Of a DNA stretch of 57,083 nucleotides, positions 25,501 to 38,040 are shown in pieces. The DNA lies in contig NC_057720.1 in NCBI RefSeq assembly GCF_004010195.1, positions 90,413,801 through 90,470,883 of the forward strand, written 5' to 3'. Every line of letters starts with the position of its first letter. Within the stretch, counting starts at the first letter, position 1. Source of the stretch: Chiloscyllium plagiosum (taxonomy: Eukaryota). A program made the translations under genes and the position numbers. The notes beneath the pieces were generated by a model. That model made no database searches. It was not told the origin of the DNA and worked only from the letters and a program-made list of their open reading frames with translations.

Positions 25501-27454
25501 GAGTGGTTACCATTTATCGTTGTATAACATTGCACAAACTACCAGCTCACCAGTTATTTCCTAATGATTTGTCATGTTCTGAAATATTGACTTAGTCATG
25601 CATGCAACTAAACTTACTTTGCAATTACTTCTTTTGATCCAGGAGAACCTGCATTCTCATTTACCTCACTGTTTGCACTGACAATGTTTTCAGAACTGCA
25701 ATTCATCAAAGAGCACAAATTTAATCATTTAACATCAGTAAACTTATCCAGAATTAAGTCCAAAGCAATTTAACACAAAAAAAAAATCACAGATTTGAGA
25801 TTCAATATTCCAAGCTTGGTCGACTAGTTTTCTTAAGTTTGTCAATGATTGTGCAATTTAATAAATCACATTATTTTGACATGGTGATAATAAAAGAACA
25901 GAGATGTCCATGCAAAGGGAGAATCAGGTGTAACAGACCTTTAGCTGATCGCTGTTCTCTTCGGAAATAGTGATTATAGACAGGAAAGCTCATTTCAGTG
26001 TAAGTCTAATGAGTTGCTGTAGTTCATTCCGTAGTGTGTAAGTGCTAGGTAGTCCAACATCGTAGCTCAGTGATGGTTAAGCGAGTGGAAATTAGGTACG
26101 TTAGTTCTTTTGCCAGTCAATCAAACTGCTCTCTCTTTGATCATATTGAGCTTCTTGACTATTGTTGCAAATAAACCAATCACCAGGTGAGCAGTAAAGA
26201 TTCCAATGCTCCCGATTTTAGCCTTGTAATGGTGAAGTAAACTAGGGGGTAATGACAAACCAGTATACCTTGAATCCCAGTCTTGTAATCTTGCTAATGT
26301 TATTAGTTATTGATGCCTTCACCACCCATCCCCCTGGAGTGTATTGATAATGCTGTCCTATGATCTGGAAAATGTTGCTGGGATTTTGTTTTCAAGATGT
26401 ATCATGAACCATCTTGGTCGTGTTGGTATGGGGTTCTTTTGACTTCCACAATATGTCTACAATACACCACAATGAGGGAATGCTGGGGTTGGGGTGTGGA
26501 AGAGACAGTACAGAGTGAAAAGAAGAGAAAAACATTTCTTTAGTATGTCACCATTGTTTATAGCCATTTCTGGGCTATGCAAAACCTTCATACTGAAAGA
26601 CAAGCAAAATTCAACCGACCATCGAAAAACTTTGGATGTTTTATGCTGATTCAAGATTGGTCTCTCAAAATAAGCCGAGCATTTCTGAACCAGTCAAGCA
26701 GTTTTTTTCTGTGATTGTGCTCATCTGTGTTAGTGTTCACCACACTGCCATGGGATGCCTTCATGAGGCAACCCTGACATAATCTTACAACAACTGCCAG
26801 CACTTCCCTTTCACATTATTGGATCCCTAACATTGCAGATTTAAATCTGACATTAGATCAAACTTACTTGCCAATTTGTTTCCTTTAGTTTCTGACAAAC
26901 TTAGGATTCCGCCTAATTCACAGTGTGAGGTGTCAACATTTTCACAGCTGCAACTGGTCATAAAGTACCAGTTAAATCATTTTAAATATGTGCAAGATCA
27001 CGAAGTTAATATTTGGCGCTTCTTATCAACATCGAGAGTTTTGGCTGTGAGGGCAGGAGCTGGTGGGTGGGTAGTAAAGAGGTCAAATAAAGATTTGTCT
27101 TCACTGGGACAGAAAGAAAACATCCCAAATGCAAGGATTTAAGTTTAATTTCCTTATCTCGGAAAAAAGACTCTCAGGCTCTTTATACAATATTGCTAAT
27201 TTAACCCTTACATGCACAATTTGTAACTCAATGTTTGATTCAGAATCCGAATATACTAATTTCTTATTATTCAAATTCACTGAAGGTTCATGTCATATTA
27301 GTCAGTATTGATTGTTTTGTTGAAAAGAGAATTTTATTTCTTTTCCTTTCCTGCTCCTTCTTCCGTTCAGAGTTTACTGAAAAATCTGACCATAATAAAC
27401 CCAGAAGTAATTACAGGTCTCTGACCCAGAGCAGTGTGATGACTTCAGTATTTA

Positions 27455-27910
27455 GGAGAAAGTGAGGTCTGCAGATGCTGGAGATCAAAGTTGAAACTTT
27501 ATTGCTGGAACAGCTGGAACCCCAAAGGAACCCCAAAGGAAACTTCCATATCCGCCACAGATTCACCTGCACCTCCACCCACATCATCTACTGCATCCGC
27601 TGCAGCATAGTTAGGTCAGGATCACGGTAAAGCAGACTGGGATCACATTTAATTAGGTCAGGATCACAGTGAACCAGACTGGGATCACGGATAGTTAGTC
27701 TCCTCCGACCTATCACCCTCACCTTGACCTCTTTCCACCTATCACATTTCCAACTCCCCTCCTCCAAGTCCTTCCTCCCTACCTTTTATCTTCTCCTGCT
27801 GAACACTCTCTGCTCATTCCTGAAGTAGGGCCTGTGCCCGAAACGTCGAATCTCCTGTTCCCTGGATGCTGCCTGACCTGCTGTGCTGTTCCAGCAATAA
27901 AGTTTCAACT
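27455..27910. mobile_element. PLE-derived foldback mini-element with TSD
   Basis: Direct repeat acttcagtatttagga at 27442-27457 and 27908-27923. Inverted arms agttgaaactttattgctggaacagc. Contains a GIY-YIG remnant and a hammerhead-like motif at 27816-27851. Confidence 0.85.
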
Positions 27911-29199
27911 TCAGTATTTAGGATTGTATTCATTGATGACATCAGTGAAACGGTGTGGATTTGATGCTGCCTGTATTCGATTCACCATGAAAGCACTTTA
28001 TAAGCTTGATTCAAACAAATAACTATGACTTGGGAAAGTGCCTGACTCTGTGGATACACATGGCCTCTGGCCAACTTAAATTATAAAAAAATGCAAAGCA
28101 TTCAATGGCGACACTACGTGAGATAGACCAAGGCGAGGAGACCAGGAGCCGGTCTCAATCTGTAGCCATATTTCTTCAAATATCATCAAACTTGCGGAGA
28201 CCATGGAAATAATTTTAGAGATAGTGTGGAATGAGGGGTGGGGGAGTGAGGATGAGCAGGAAAGTGAAACAAAGAAAAGCGATGAGGTGGGGTGAATGAG
28301 AGGAACCTAATCCTTCAGTATTTTCAGTAAGACTCCATTGTCCAAAAATAGAATCTCAATATTGATCAGCAAGCAATTTCCCATCCAGCGTTTAGGATGG
28401 TGGTACTACTGTTTAAGTCAACCCTGTCTCAAATATTAAATTCCTCGGGAGGCAGTCCATCAGCCTCGTTAATGTAGCTGTTATTGTCTGGACTGGCATT
28501 TGTCGCATTGCACAAAACATTTTAAAGGAATCGATGGTTCTCCAACATTCCCTTTTCACATTGTTGTATTCCAAATGAAGCATAATTAAACCACATCAAA
28601 ATCAGATCAAATCGAACTTGGTTCCTCATGGTTGCCCTCACGTCTGGCAAACCTTAATTCCCATCCTCCTGACAATCTGATCTGCCAAATGGTCCCAGCC
28701 ACAAGTCATCATGAAGCACAAGTTAAACAAAGGACTTACATCTATGAATGTCTTGCAAACATTTGAAAATAAACCCTGAAGATCGAAAGGCTCTATTGAA
28801 CTGATACAGCATTTTTTAAAAAAAAAAGTGGAATCACTATAATCACCAGGAGTAATGCAAATATTGGGAGGGGCTGTGGTCTGGAATGGTGGTGTTTGCT
28901 GTAGCACTGAGAGACGTTGTCAAGAGGAAGTTTCTCCAGAAATCTTACAAAAATTCCTACTCTCCAGAAATTCCTTTTCACATTACATTCTGTTAAAAAG
29001 GCCACTTTCAAAAGCTATGACTGCAATATATGTTGCCTTTTTTTTCAACTTTCACAGAGTTTTGCAGGACACCATGGCCTGTTCATTTTGAAGAGATGAG
29101 GGTGAGGGGAGGTGGCCGATCTAATAGTATTGGGAAGAAGAGAGTTAAATAGTCAATGTGTTTTCAATATGTTCAGCCTCATTGCACAGTCTAGTGCTT

Positions 29200-30465
29200 G
29201 GAAGTGAACAACTGAAGGCCTGAACATTGAAGGGCAAGAAAGGACAAAAAGAATCCCGCTCTAAAAAGAAATGCGGAAGGACAGAGAAAACCCTTCCCCC
29301 CATAAGAATCAACTAAGCCTCCCGGCCTGTAAAAAATAAGAACAATCACATAGTGGATAACAAATAAGCCTCCCTCGCTACCCCCTGGAGGTGATATTAA
29401 ACAATAAAGGGGATGAAAAGGGAAAGAAAAGGTAAACCGGGGTGGGGGGAATGTAAAATAGCATCATTAGCCATACAGTTTAATTCTTGCAGTCTATTTA
29501 AGAGAGTCCAAAAATTCTTTACCCTCCTCCGGTGATCCAAAGTTATAAACGGATCCTTCACGGCTGTAGCACAGCGTTGCTATGTACCACAAGGAATATT
29601 GGATGTTTGAGCTTCTCAGATGCTTTTTCACCTCATCAAATGCCCTCCTTTTGCAGACCACAGCTGGAGAAAAATCCTGAAATAGCATAATCCTAGAGCT
29701 CTTGTACACCATGGCCTGGGGATCCATCCCCACGATTCTAGTGGCTTCCAGGAGCTTCTGCTTCTCTCTGTAGCATTGGAGCCGGAACAGGACCGGGTGG
29801 ACCTACTCTATCCATGCCAGGCCTGGTCCAGACTCCAGCTTTAATATTTCAGGGATCCATTGTTCCAAAGAAAAACTGCCCCAGCTGGCCTTCCTCTTCT
29901 CGTTCAGGAAGGCCCAGCAACCGGATATATTTCAATTACCCCAATGTCGAACTCGTCGATGTGCTCCTCCAAGGTCCAAACTCACTGTTCGAGAGCCCGG
30001 ACCCGGCCCACGACCGATTCAGCCTCAGCCTCCGAGGTCGCGGTCTTTTGCTCCGCCCCTCCAACACGATTTTCGAGGTTTTCAATTTCTCGGTCGTGCT
30101 GAGAACGACTCCCACCTGCTCCTGGATTCTTCGATGAAGGTGTCGATCCTCTCTTGCAGCTTGTTAATCACGTAGACCAGGCTCGCCTCTGCAGTAAGTC
30201 CCCCGAGGCGGCCGTGGACATCTCTGCTGCTGCTGGAGAGGGCGGGGTCCCCGCCTGTTGCGAGCTGCGGGCATTTTTTCCTTTAGTCATTTTAAGCACA
30301 GCACCAAACTGTTCAAGCTTGGTGCAAAATGACTAAATATGCTGGGGAAAAAAATATTTTAAATGGTTTAGAGTACGTGGTGGAGTTGCGTACCCAAGTT
30401 TGCCTGAGTCTTGGACAGAGTACTACAGACTCACACTTGCTGGATCGCCACCATTTTGAATCTCA
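29200..30465 (-). mobile_element. L1-clade LINE 5' UTR plus disrupted ORF1; ORF2 absent
   Basis: ATG at 30290 (MTKGKNARSSQQAG). C-terminal L1 ORF1p motif RIMLFQDFSPAVVCKRRAFDEVKKHLR...YNFGSPEEGKEFLDSLK* ends at 29494. Relatively GC/CpG-rich. Confidence 0.8.
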
Positions 30466-30500
30466 ATTCATGACTTTGAATGAACAACGTTATTGTACAT

Positions 30501-33500
30501 TGTTATGGACCAGGCCCGACCCCTCAAAACATTTTTAAGCATGTAGCCCAGACCGTAATGTTGCTATTTGTTGAAGTTAAGTATATAGTAGATATTCCCA
30601 GAGTGAATTATCTTGTCTGACTGAGCTAAAAATGTGTTGCTGGTAAAGCACAGCAGGTCAGTCAGCATCCAAGGAACAGGAGAATCGACGTTTCGGGCAT
30701 AAGCCCTTCAAGGGCTTATGCCCGAAACGTCGATTCTCCTGTTCCTTGGATGCTGACTGACCTGCTGTGCTTTACCAGCAACACATTTTCAGCTCTGATC
30801 TCCAGCATCTGCAGACCTCACTTTCTCCTATCTTGTCCGACTGCCAACTTTTAAACAAACAGAATTTATTTACAAAAGTAAGGAATGAAACACAACGAAC
30901 CGAAAATCCAGTAGCTGAATAATTCATCCTATCCGGACCTGACAGGCTATCACAACTTAATGATGTTTTTCCAAATTTTTTGCAACAATCTCAATAAACA
31001 AAATCCTGAGCAGAAAGAGTAAAACTTACACACAATAAACTTACAAGTTAGGAAATCAGAGGGCTGAAGGAGGGGGATGGCGTCCAGTTTCAACAATGAC
31101 CCTGACTCAACTAACCCACGAACTGAACTGATCTGTGCAGCTGCAGAGCTCGCTACGTCCCCTTGATTACACCAATTTTTTAAAAAAGACTTGAAAGCCT
31201 TCATTCCGATGCATTATCTGTTAGGTAAAAACCAAAGGACCCCAATGAAGCATTCAAAATTGGGACATGTTGGAACCTTGGGTCGTTTAGAAAATCACTG
31301 AAAACAATTCAAGGACAACATAACCTTTTAAGGGACCAGCTTTGTGACAACCCCCTTGATATAAAACTGAATCATCAATATCCGAAGATGGCTTCAGTTT
31401 TCTAACCCCCTCCCCCCAAATAAATAGTGGTTAGTACACTAAAATACGTATGTACATTCATTTACTATAAACATGCAAATATGCACAACAACATGTGGAC
31501 TCAGTGTGTGGTACTTACATTACTGAGTGTCTTCATCTGTCATTCAAGTCTGGAAAATGCATTGGCAATCATGTTTTCAAGACCTGCCACGTGCACAATT
31601 TTCAAATTGAATGGCTGCAACTACAGGCTCCAGCTAAACAGTCTCGCATTTTTGTCCATAAGTTTCTCCAAAAACTTCAATGGTTTATGGTCAGTGTACA
31701 TGGTCGCCTCAGATGTGTTGTTGGTAATATAAACACTGAAATGTTGTAGTGCCTACACAAAGCTCTCAGTGTCTTTCTCAACTGTTGAATAATGAACGTT
31801 CAACTTCTCGGAGAAATATCCAATAGGTCTTTCTGTCTTCTTGCCCTCTTGCTGCAGTAGTCCAGCACCGATACGCAGACCACTCACATTTAAAGCCACC
31901 TTGAATGGTTTTGCATAATCAGGTGTGTTTGATAGTGGAGCAATGATTAACACATATTTCATGCTGTCAAATGCCTTCTGACCGTCCTATGTCCACTGAA
32001 TTTTCTTGCCTTTCTTTAACAAGTGGAGCAGTCATCTTGCGAAAATGAGGCACAACCCATCGATAAAATCCACACAATTCCAGGGAGCTCATTTTGTCAA
32101 CGGTATGAGAAATTCCCCAATTACCTTCACTTTTAAATCCCACGTCACTGTTTATTTATGTCTAATATCATGGCCCAGGAAGGTTGACTATTGCTTTGGC
32201 AAATTCACTTTTTGCTCGGTACTTTCTACTCCTGTGCCAACTTTAGAGGATTATGCCTGTAATGATGTTGCTTAATCATAACAGCAACTCCTGTAGCTAC
32301 GTTATGCACAGTTGGGTTAGTACGTCCAAGTTAATTACTGCATATCTCCCCATGTGATGACAATAACTGTTTCTGGTCATTTCAATTTTTATCAGGAAGG
32401 TAATTCAATAATGTATCTCAATTTTTGACAACTATCTAATTGCCCACTTTAATTTGAGGAATGTTCGATTCAGAAGCCTCTGAAATTGGTTCTTCCTTCT
32501 GTGACACAATCATTAAAAGCTTCACCTCTTGCTTTCTTCCCTATCAAAATACCTTTTGAGCATATTCACATGACAAACGCTGTGAGATTTTTTTTTCTGT
32601 CTGGAGTTCTTATCAAGTAATTACCCTCACTCAATATAATTTGTATTTCATAAGGTCCACTAAACCTTATTCACCTATCCCTGGAAGCAACAGTAACGCC
32701 TTATCCCTGATAGCAAAATTGCATTTGTTTGATTTCCTGCCCGCTTTCTGTTTTATTACATGCTGCGGTACATTTAAATGCTGCCTAACCAATTCCCCAG
32801 TGCTATTAATCATTCCTTAAAGTTCGACCTTTAAATGCTGAGTTATTATTTTCTCCTTAATCGACTTTAATGGTCCTCCGACTTAATGCCCCAAAACTAA
32901 TACAAATGGATTGAATTTGCTCTGTTAATTTGGTGCATCCCTGATCATGAAAAGCACAAATGTAATTCCCATGCACTAATCATCTGGATAATCCTGAGCA
33001 TAAGCCCTCAACATGGTCTTTAATATTTAATGCTACCTTTTCTGCGCTCTCTGCAATTTTGCATGGTACGCAGTAGCTTTGAATTGCTTCATTCCAAAGA
33101 CATGATGGTGAATAATTTGGATGTGAGGTTTGAACCTTGATCTCACTACATCTCTACTGGTAGTCCTTATCTACTTCTTAACAATAAAATTCCTCTGCAA
33201 TTCTTTTAGCTGTGATATTGCATCTTGGGATAGCCTCTGGACATCTCATTGGTACATCCAGTATTGTTATCAAATGCTGTTGCCCATTTTTTGGTTTGAG
33301 GTTGGGGAGTTGGCCAATCTATTAAGCATTTGTAAAAGGCTCCTCAAATGCAGGAATTGTTAAGAAATGCGCAGGTTTTATTATCGCTTGTGTTTTTTCA
33401 ATTGACTGACATGTAAGACATGTCCGCCAAAATTCAACTACGTTCTGTTGCAGTCCAGGTCAATAAAAATGTCTCTGTATTTAAGCCTGTCTTTTCCTCA

Positions 33501-35379
33501 CTCCTAAATGCCTTCTAGGTGGTAGCTCATGCACCATTCGCATCACCTCCTTTCTGTATCCCATGGGCAATATGATTTGATGAACTTCCACCCAATTATC
33601 ATCTCCTTGAATATATGATAGTATCCATTCCCTCATTTGGACATCATTTTAAGGGTAATAACACTCAGGGATACATTCAAAATTCTTAACGTATATGCTT
33701 TTTGACATAATTGCTTTAACCTTTTATCTTTCTGCTGAAACTCATTTAGTTTAGCTGAGCTACAAATATTTAAATTTGTACAAATTAATTGTCTCTCGAA
33801 GAGCATCATAGGTTTGCTCTCTTTTTAAAGCTCTTATCCATCCATCAAAATTACTTTGTTTCATCCTTTCAGACTCAATATGGGTTTGACCAGGATCTCT
33901 CCTTAGATTTCAGAAACATTGTCTTTAGGATTCTGGCACAAGGTCATATGCACTTTCTTTACCTCCTCATACTCCCCAGCTCAATAGTGTTGTGAATACC
34001 TCAAAGCTCTACCTACAAAGTTTGGTTTGGATCAACAACACCCTCATGGCCACTGGCCACTACAATGTTTTAGCAATTTTTTGAAATTAAATGAAAAAGA
34101 TTTCCATATTCTATTCATCACTTTAGGCAAGGTGTGAATATTCTTGAAATGTTTCTCACCAGGTTTTGACTACCATGGGTTTGCTCATCCTCACTCTGCT
34201 CGTTACAAAGTTCACCTTCAGCTTTCATCTCCATCCTTTTACGCTGACTTTCCATTCTAAGTGCCATCCCTGAAGCGCAAACGCTCTTTCCTTTTCTTTC
34301 TTTCTAGGAAAGCTATTTGTTATTTTTTTCTCTTTCCTCTGCTAAATCTATTTGTTCTCTTTCTCTATCTTCTGATTCTAGTCGCAACTCAAACTGCTTC
34401 ATTTCTGCTTCTAACTCAAACTGCTTCATTTGCGATTGAAGTTTAGTCATCTCCACAGATCCTGATGGAGTTTCTAGCAAATTTGAATGCTGAGCTATTG
34501 CTTCAATCATCTCATCTTTCCTCACATTAGGATGTAGCTTCAACTTCAGCTCGTCTATTAATTCCCGCAGCTTGAACTTATGTGCATTTTGTAAAACCCC
34601 CCAAGGTCAATTCTTCCACCTCAAAAACATCCTTGGTGACTGCAAGAGCCATTGCTATTCAGGTTCTATTTCCCCACCAAATCAACACACGAAATAAAAC
34701 ACATTAATACTCGCCACTCACCGCCGAAATCCCACAACGGACCCCCAACCTCTTATGGAGCAGGCCCGACCCCTCAAAACATTTTAAAGCAGGTATCCCT
34801 TACCATAACTTCGCTATCTGTTGAAGGTTATTTTATAGTGAATATTCCCAGAGTGAATTAACTGGTCAGAATGCCGTGTTGGGAACAAACAGACTTTATT
34901 TAACAAATTATGGAATGAAACACAAGGAACAGAAAATAGAATACCTGAATATGTCATCTTATCCAAACCTGACAGGTTATCCCGCCTTAAGGATGCTGTT
35001 CCAAAATACTTGCAACAATCCCAGTAAATGAATATCTTTGCATAAAGAATAAAACTGACAAAATGGCTAACAGATTGTAAAATCAGAAGGGCAGAAGGAC
35101 TGGGAGAACATCCAGTTACAACGGTGACCCTGACTCAACTAACCCCAGAACTGCTCCGACCTGTCCAGCTAGAGAGCTGGCCACATCCTCTTGATTATAC
35201 AAGTTTCTGTTTAAAAACTTGAAAGCTTTGTGTCTGAGGCATTATCTGTTATGTATAAACAAAAGGACCCCAATGAATCTTTCAAAGTTCTGGCATGTTG
35301 GAACATTGGGTTGTTTAGGTCCTCTTTAAGGAAAAATCCAAGGACAACGTAACGTTGTGAAAGGACCGACTTTGGGACG
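30501..35379 (-). mobile_element. Gmr1-like Gypsy LTR retrotransposon with both LTRs, internally deleted and decayed
   Basis: LTRs at 30501-31349 and 34751-35379, 4-bp TSD ACAT, tRNA-Pro-like PBS at ~34730-34748, PPT at ~31350-31360. Gag N-terminus 34313-34543, integrase ~33600-32550, then RNase H ~32000-31545. Confidence 0.88.
30624..30828. mobile_element. Palindromic PLE-derived mini-element inserted in the LTR
   Basis: 85-bp inverted arms 30624-30708 and 30710-30794 plus a 34-nt tail. 15-bp TSD at 30609-30623 and 30829-30843 (one mismatch). Confidence 0.92.
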
Positions 35380-36071
35380 ACATGCCACGTTTGGTTTTGG
35401 ACTGCAGTCAAAAAAATTAAGTCCTCCTGATTTGAAGCCAATAAAATGTACGAAGGTGTTTGTCAGTTTACATAAAACTGTGCTGACTCGCATTGTGTGT
35501 TGAAAATACCAAACGGTCTCATTAGTGCAAGCTGAGGAATGCCCAGTCAGATCCACACTTCCTGTGTATTGGAGTGCAAATATGCCTACTCAGAATTTGT
35601 TGGTTGGTACCTGTTCTATTCGAGAAGATATCAGCACAATAATAACATTTAAATTGTGTTTTTTTTGTTGGGGGTCGTGGTGGGAGGTTCAGGCGGATAT
35701 AGCATTGCAAATGGACAACACTGCAGAATCATCCAGCCTGCTGTAAGAAAACATCGATCATTCTCCTTCACAACGAACTTCAGGAGAGCAATTGGTGATG
35801 GCAGTTATGACCAATAGCCAGCGATGTCAACATTCAATTCAATCCAGTTGTTATTGAGAACTGAAGGTACCATACTGAAAAGAGTTAACTGGATCTGTTT
35901 GTTCACTGACTGTAACTGATGTCAGTCTCCATGGAACTTAATTGTGTCACTGGACGGTATCCCTTTTCTATTAGTAAGGGGCTTCTTGCAATGCATTATC
36001 CCATTATAGCTGCAGATACATCACCTCCAAAACTAACAGGAATCAGCAGCTCCAGAGACGGGGAGACGAGA

Positions 36072-36196
36072 GATCAGAATCTGAGAATTGGCGGCAAGTT
36101 CCAGCAATGAATCAGAATCTGAGAACAATAGACTGGAATGTCCAACCAATGGATCAGAATCTGAGAACAGTAGACTGGAATGCGGTAACAATGGAC
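36072..36196 (+). repeat. 42-bp coding tandem repeat (ATCAGAATCTGAGAA core) in the GPCR N-terminus
   Basis: ATGs at 36107, 36149 and 36191 are 42 nt apart. A shortened, out-of-frame upstream unit starts at 36072. Confidence 0.85.
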
Positions 36197-36323
36197 AGGA
36201 GTTTATTCTGGGCTCATTACTATCTTACCTGGTTTGGGCACAAGTTATCATATCGGATATTAGGTGTACTGCTGATTATTCAGGTGGACTACTATCCCAT
36301 GCTCGCTATTGTTGGTGTTCCTG
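36107..36323 (+). CDS. First coding exon of a shark GPR139-like class A GPCR (N-terminal repeats plus start of TM1); downstream exon not found
   Basis: MNQNLRTIDWNVQPMDQNLRTVDWNAVTMDR...ILGVLLIIQVDYYPMLAIVGVP, then phase-1 donor G|GTAAGT at 36324. As I recall it, the YYPxLAIVGVP|intron signature is typical of the expanded chondrichthyan GPR139-like family. Confidence 0.75.
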
Positions 36324-37159
36324 GTAAGTCTCTCCATCTCTATCTATATATTAATCCCATAAGCCATGGTGAACTTCATTTCATTTCTGTTATCTATATT
36401 TGGCAAGAATGGAAACTGTTGTCTTCAGTTTCACATGCAAATCCATTCATGACCGCAAATGTCAGGACTGGTTACGTCCCTGCCCTCACAGACATCTGAG
36501 AACAAGACTGATCACAATCCTTAAGTACCAATTTACCCTCAATTGATTTGGGTCTTGGTATTCTCTCCATCACCGAACCTACCCACTACCAGCTCCATCA
36601 TATCCCCAGTCTCCAACTTAACATGAGTGTGGTTTCTAAATAAACCATTATCTATGTCTCGGTAAAATTCAGACTCCATGGTTCCAGCTCTCTCCTAATC
36701 ACTCTTTCTGTTAGAAATGTTTCCATCACAACCTTGTTATTGTCTCTAAAGTAAATTAATGACAGGGACAGTGTGTCAGAGAAGTAATGTTGCTGGACAT
36801 GTAATTCAGTGGCCCAAGTTACGACACTAAAGACACTGCTTAAATCCTACCTCAGAGGATGTCAGAAATGAAATTAAAATGACAGAAATTAAAAATGAAA
36901 GTGAATTTCCCCAATATCAACCATAAAACCACCAGCGCCTTATCACTAAGTTTATCTATTCCATTGTTATCCAAAGATAAAGAAAACTAACATTATTGTC
37001 TAGTTGGGTTTAAGACTGAAGTCAGACTCACAGCAATGTGCTTGACTCTATACTAAAGAATGACCTTACAGGAAAGGGTATTCAGTGAGGTCAACAAATG
37101 CTGCCTCTGTCAGCAATGCCGACATCCCATTTAATAACAACATTAAAGGTTAAATACAA

Positions 37160-37400
37160 CAAATAATGATGCAAGAGATCAGAATGAAATACAACATGAA
37201 AGTGCCAGAGAAACTGAGCAGAGTTGTCAGGCTCGGATAGAGAGAAAAACAGAATTGGCATTTCGAGTCCACTGACCATACATCAGAACTGAACATGACT
37301 GGGGAATAGTGCAATTGATGTTGGTGATAGGGATGTCTGTTGTGAGGGGGAGAAGGACTGAGTTGACTAGATCGAGAAAGCGAGAGATAAAAAAAGGCAA
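37160..37400 (-). mobile_element. PLE terminal fragment, decayed
   Basis: Reverse complement gttCTGATGTatggtcagtggactcGAAAtgccaattctgtttttctctc matches the second PLE terminus type. Confidence 0.55.
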
Positions 37401-37569
37401 ACAAGTGGATCGTTGATGATCAACTGAGATGGAAGTAAAAAATCAAGATTAATCTTGTTTATTTTTCTCCTGTCCCGATATTAACGAAAATCATGCCATC
37501 TAAGGTGTACATCAAAGCCTCGGTTTAAAGTGAGTAATGTCTCTTTGTAATTTCCCTGAGTATGATCAT

Positions 37570-38040
37570 CTTCTTTCTTTCATTAATGGGATGCTGGGAC
37601 AACATTTAATTTCCTTTCCTCATTGCACTTGAGAAGGCATTGGTGAGCTGCCTTCCTGATCACTTCAGTTGGTGGGCTGTAAGTAGTCAGTGCTTAGTTC
37701 TGTCCGGTTTTATTTCTTTGAGACATTATAGTGAGTGATACAACTGAGTGGCTGGCTTGGCCATTTCAAACGGCACCTGAGACTTAAAAACTTTGCAATG
37801 GATCTAGAGTTACATGTAAACCCGGTGAAGATGATAGATTACCTTCCCTGAAGGGCATTAGGGTACCCAGGGGATTTTTTTCTGACAATTGAAAATAGTT
37901 TCATTGGACACTTAATTCCTGATATTTTGTGGAATTCAAATTCCAACATTTGCTGTGGTGGAATTCAAATCTAGGCACTCGGTCATCACCTGGGTCCCTG
38001 GATTAATATTCTTGAGATAATACAGCTAGGCCATCATGTC
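37570..38040 (+). mobile_element. Old LINE-derived (L2/CR1 group) 3' fragment
   Basis: attgcacttgagaaggcattggtgagctgccttc motif, which recurs in degenerate form at ~1400. Confidence 0.45.

Noticed and set aside
36072-36196. CRISPR-like repeat-spacer array
   Set aside because: Eukaryotic context. The units are an in-frame 42-bp coding repeat with similar, not unique, spacers.
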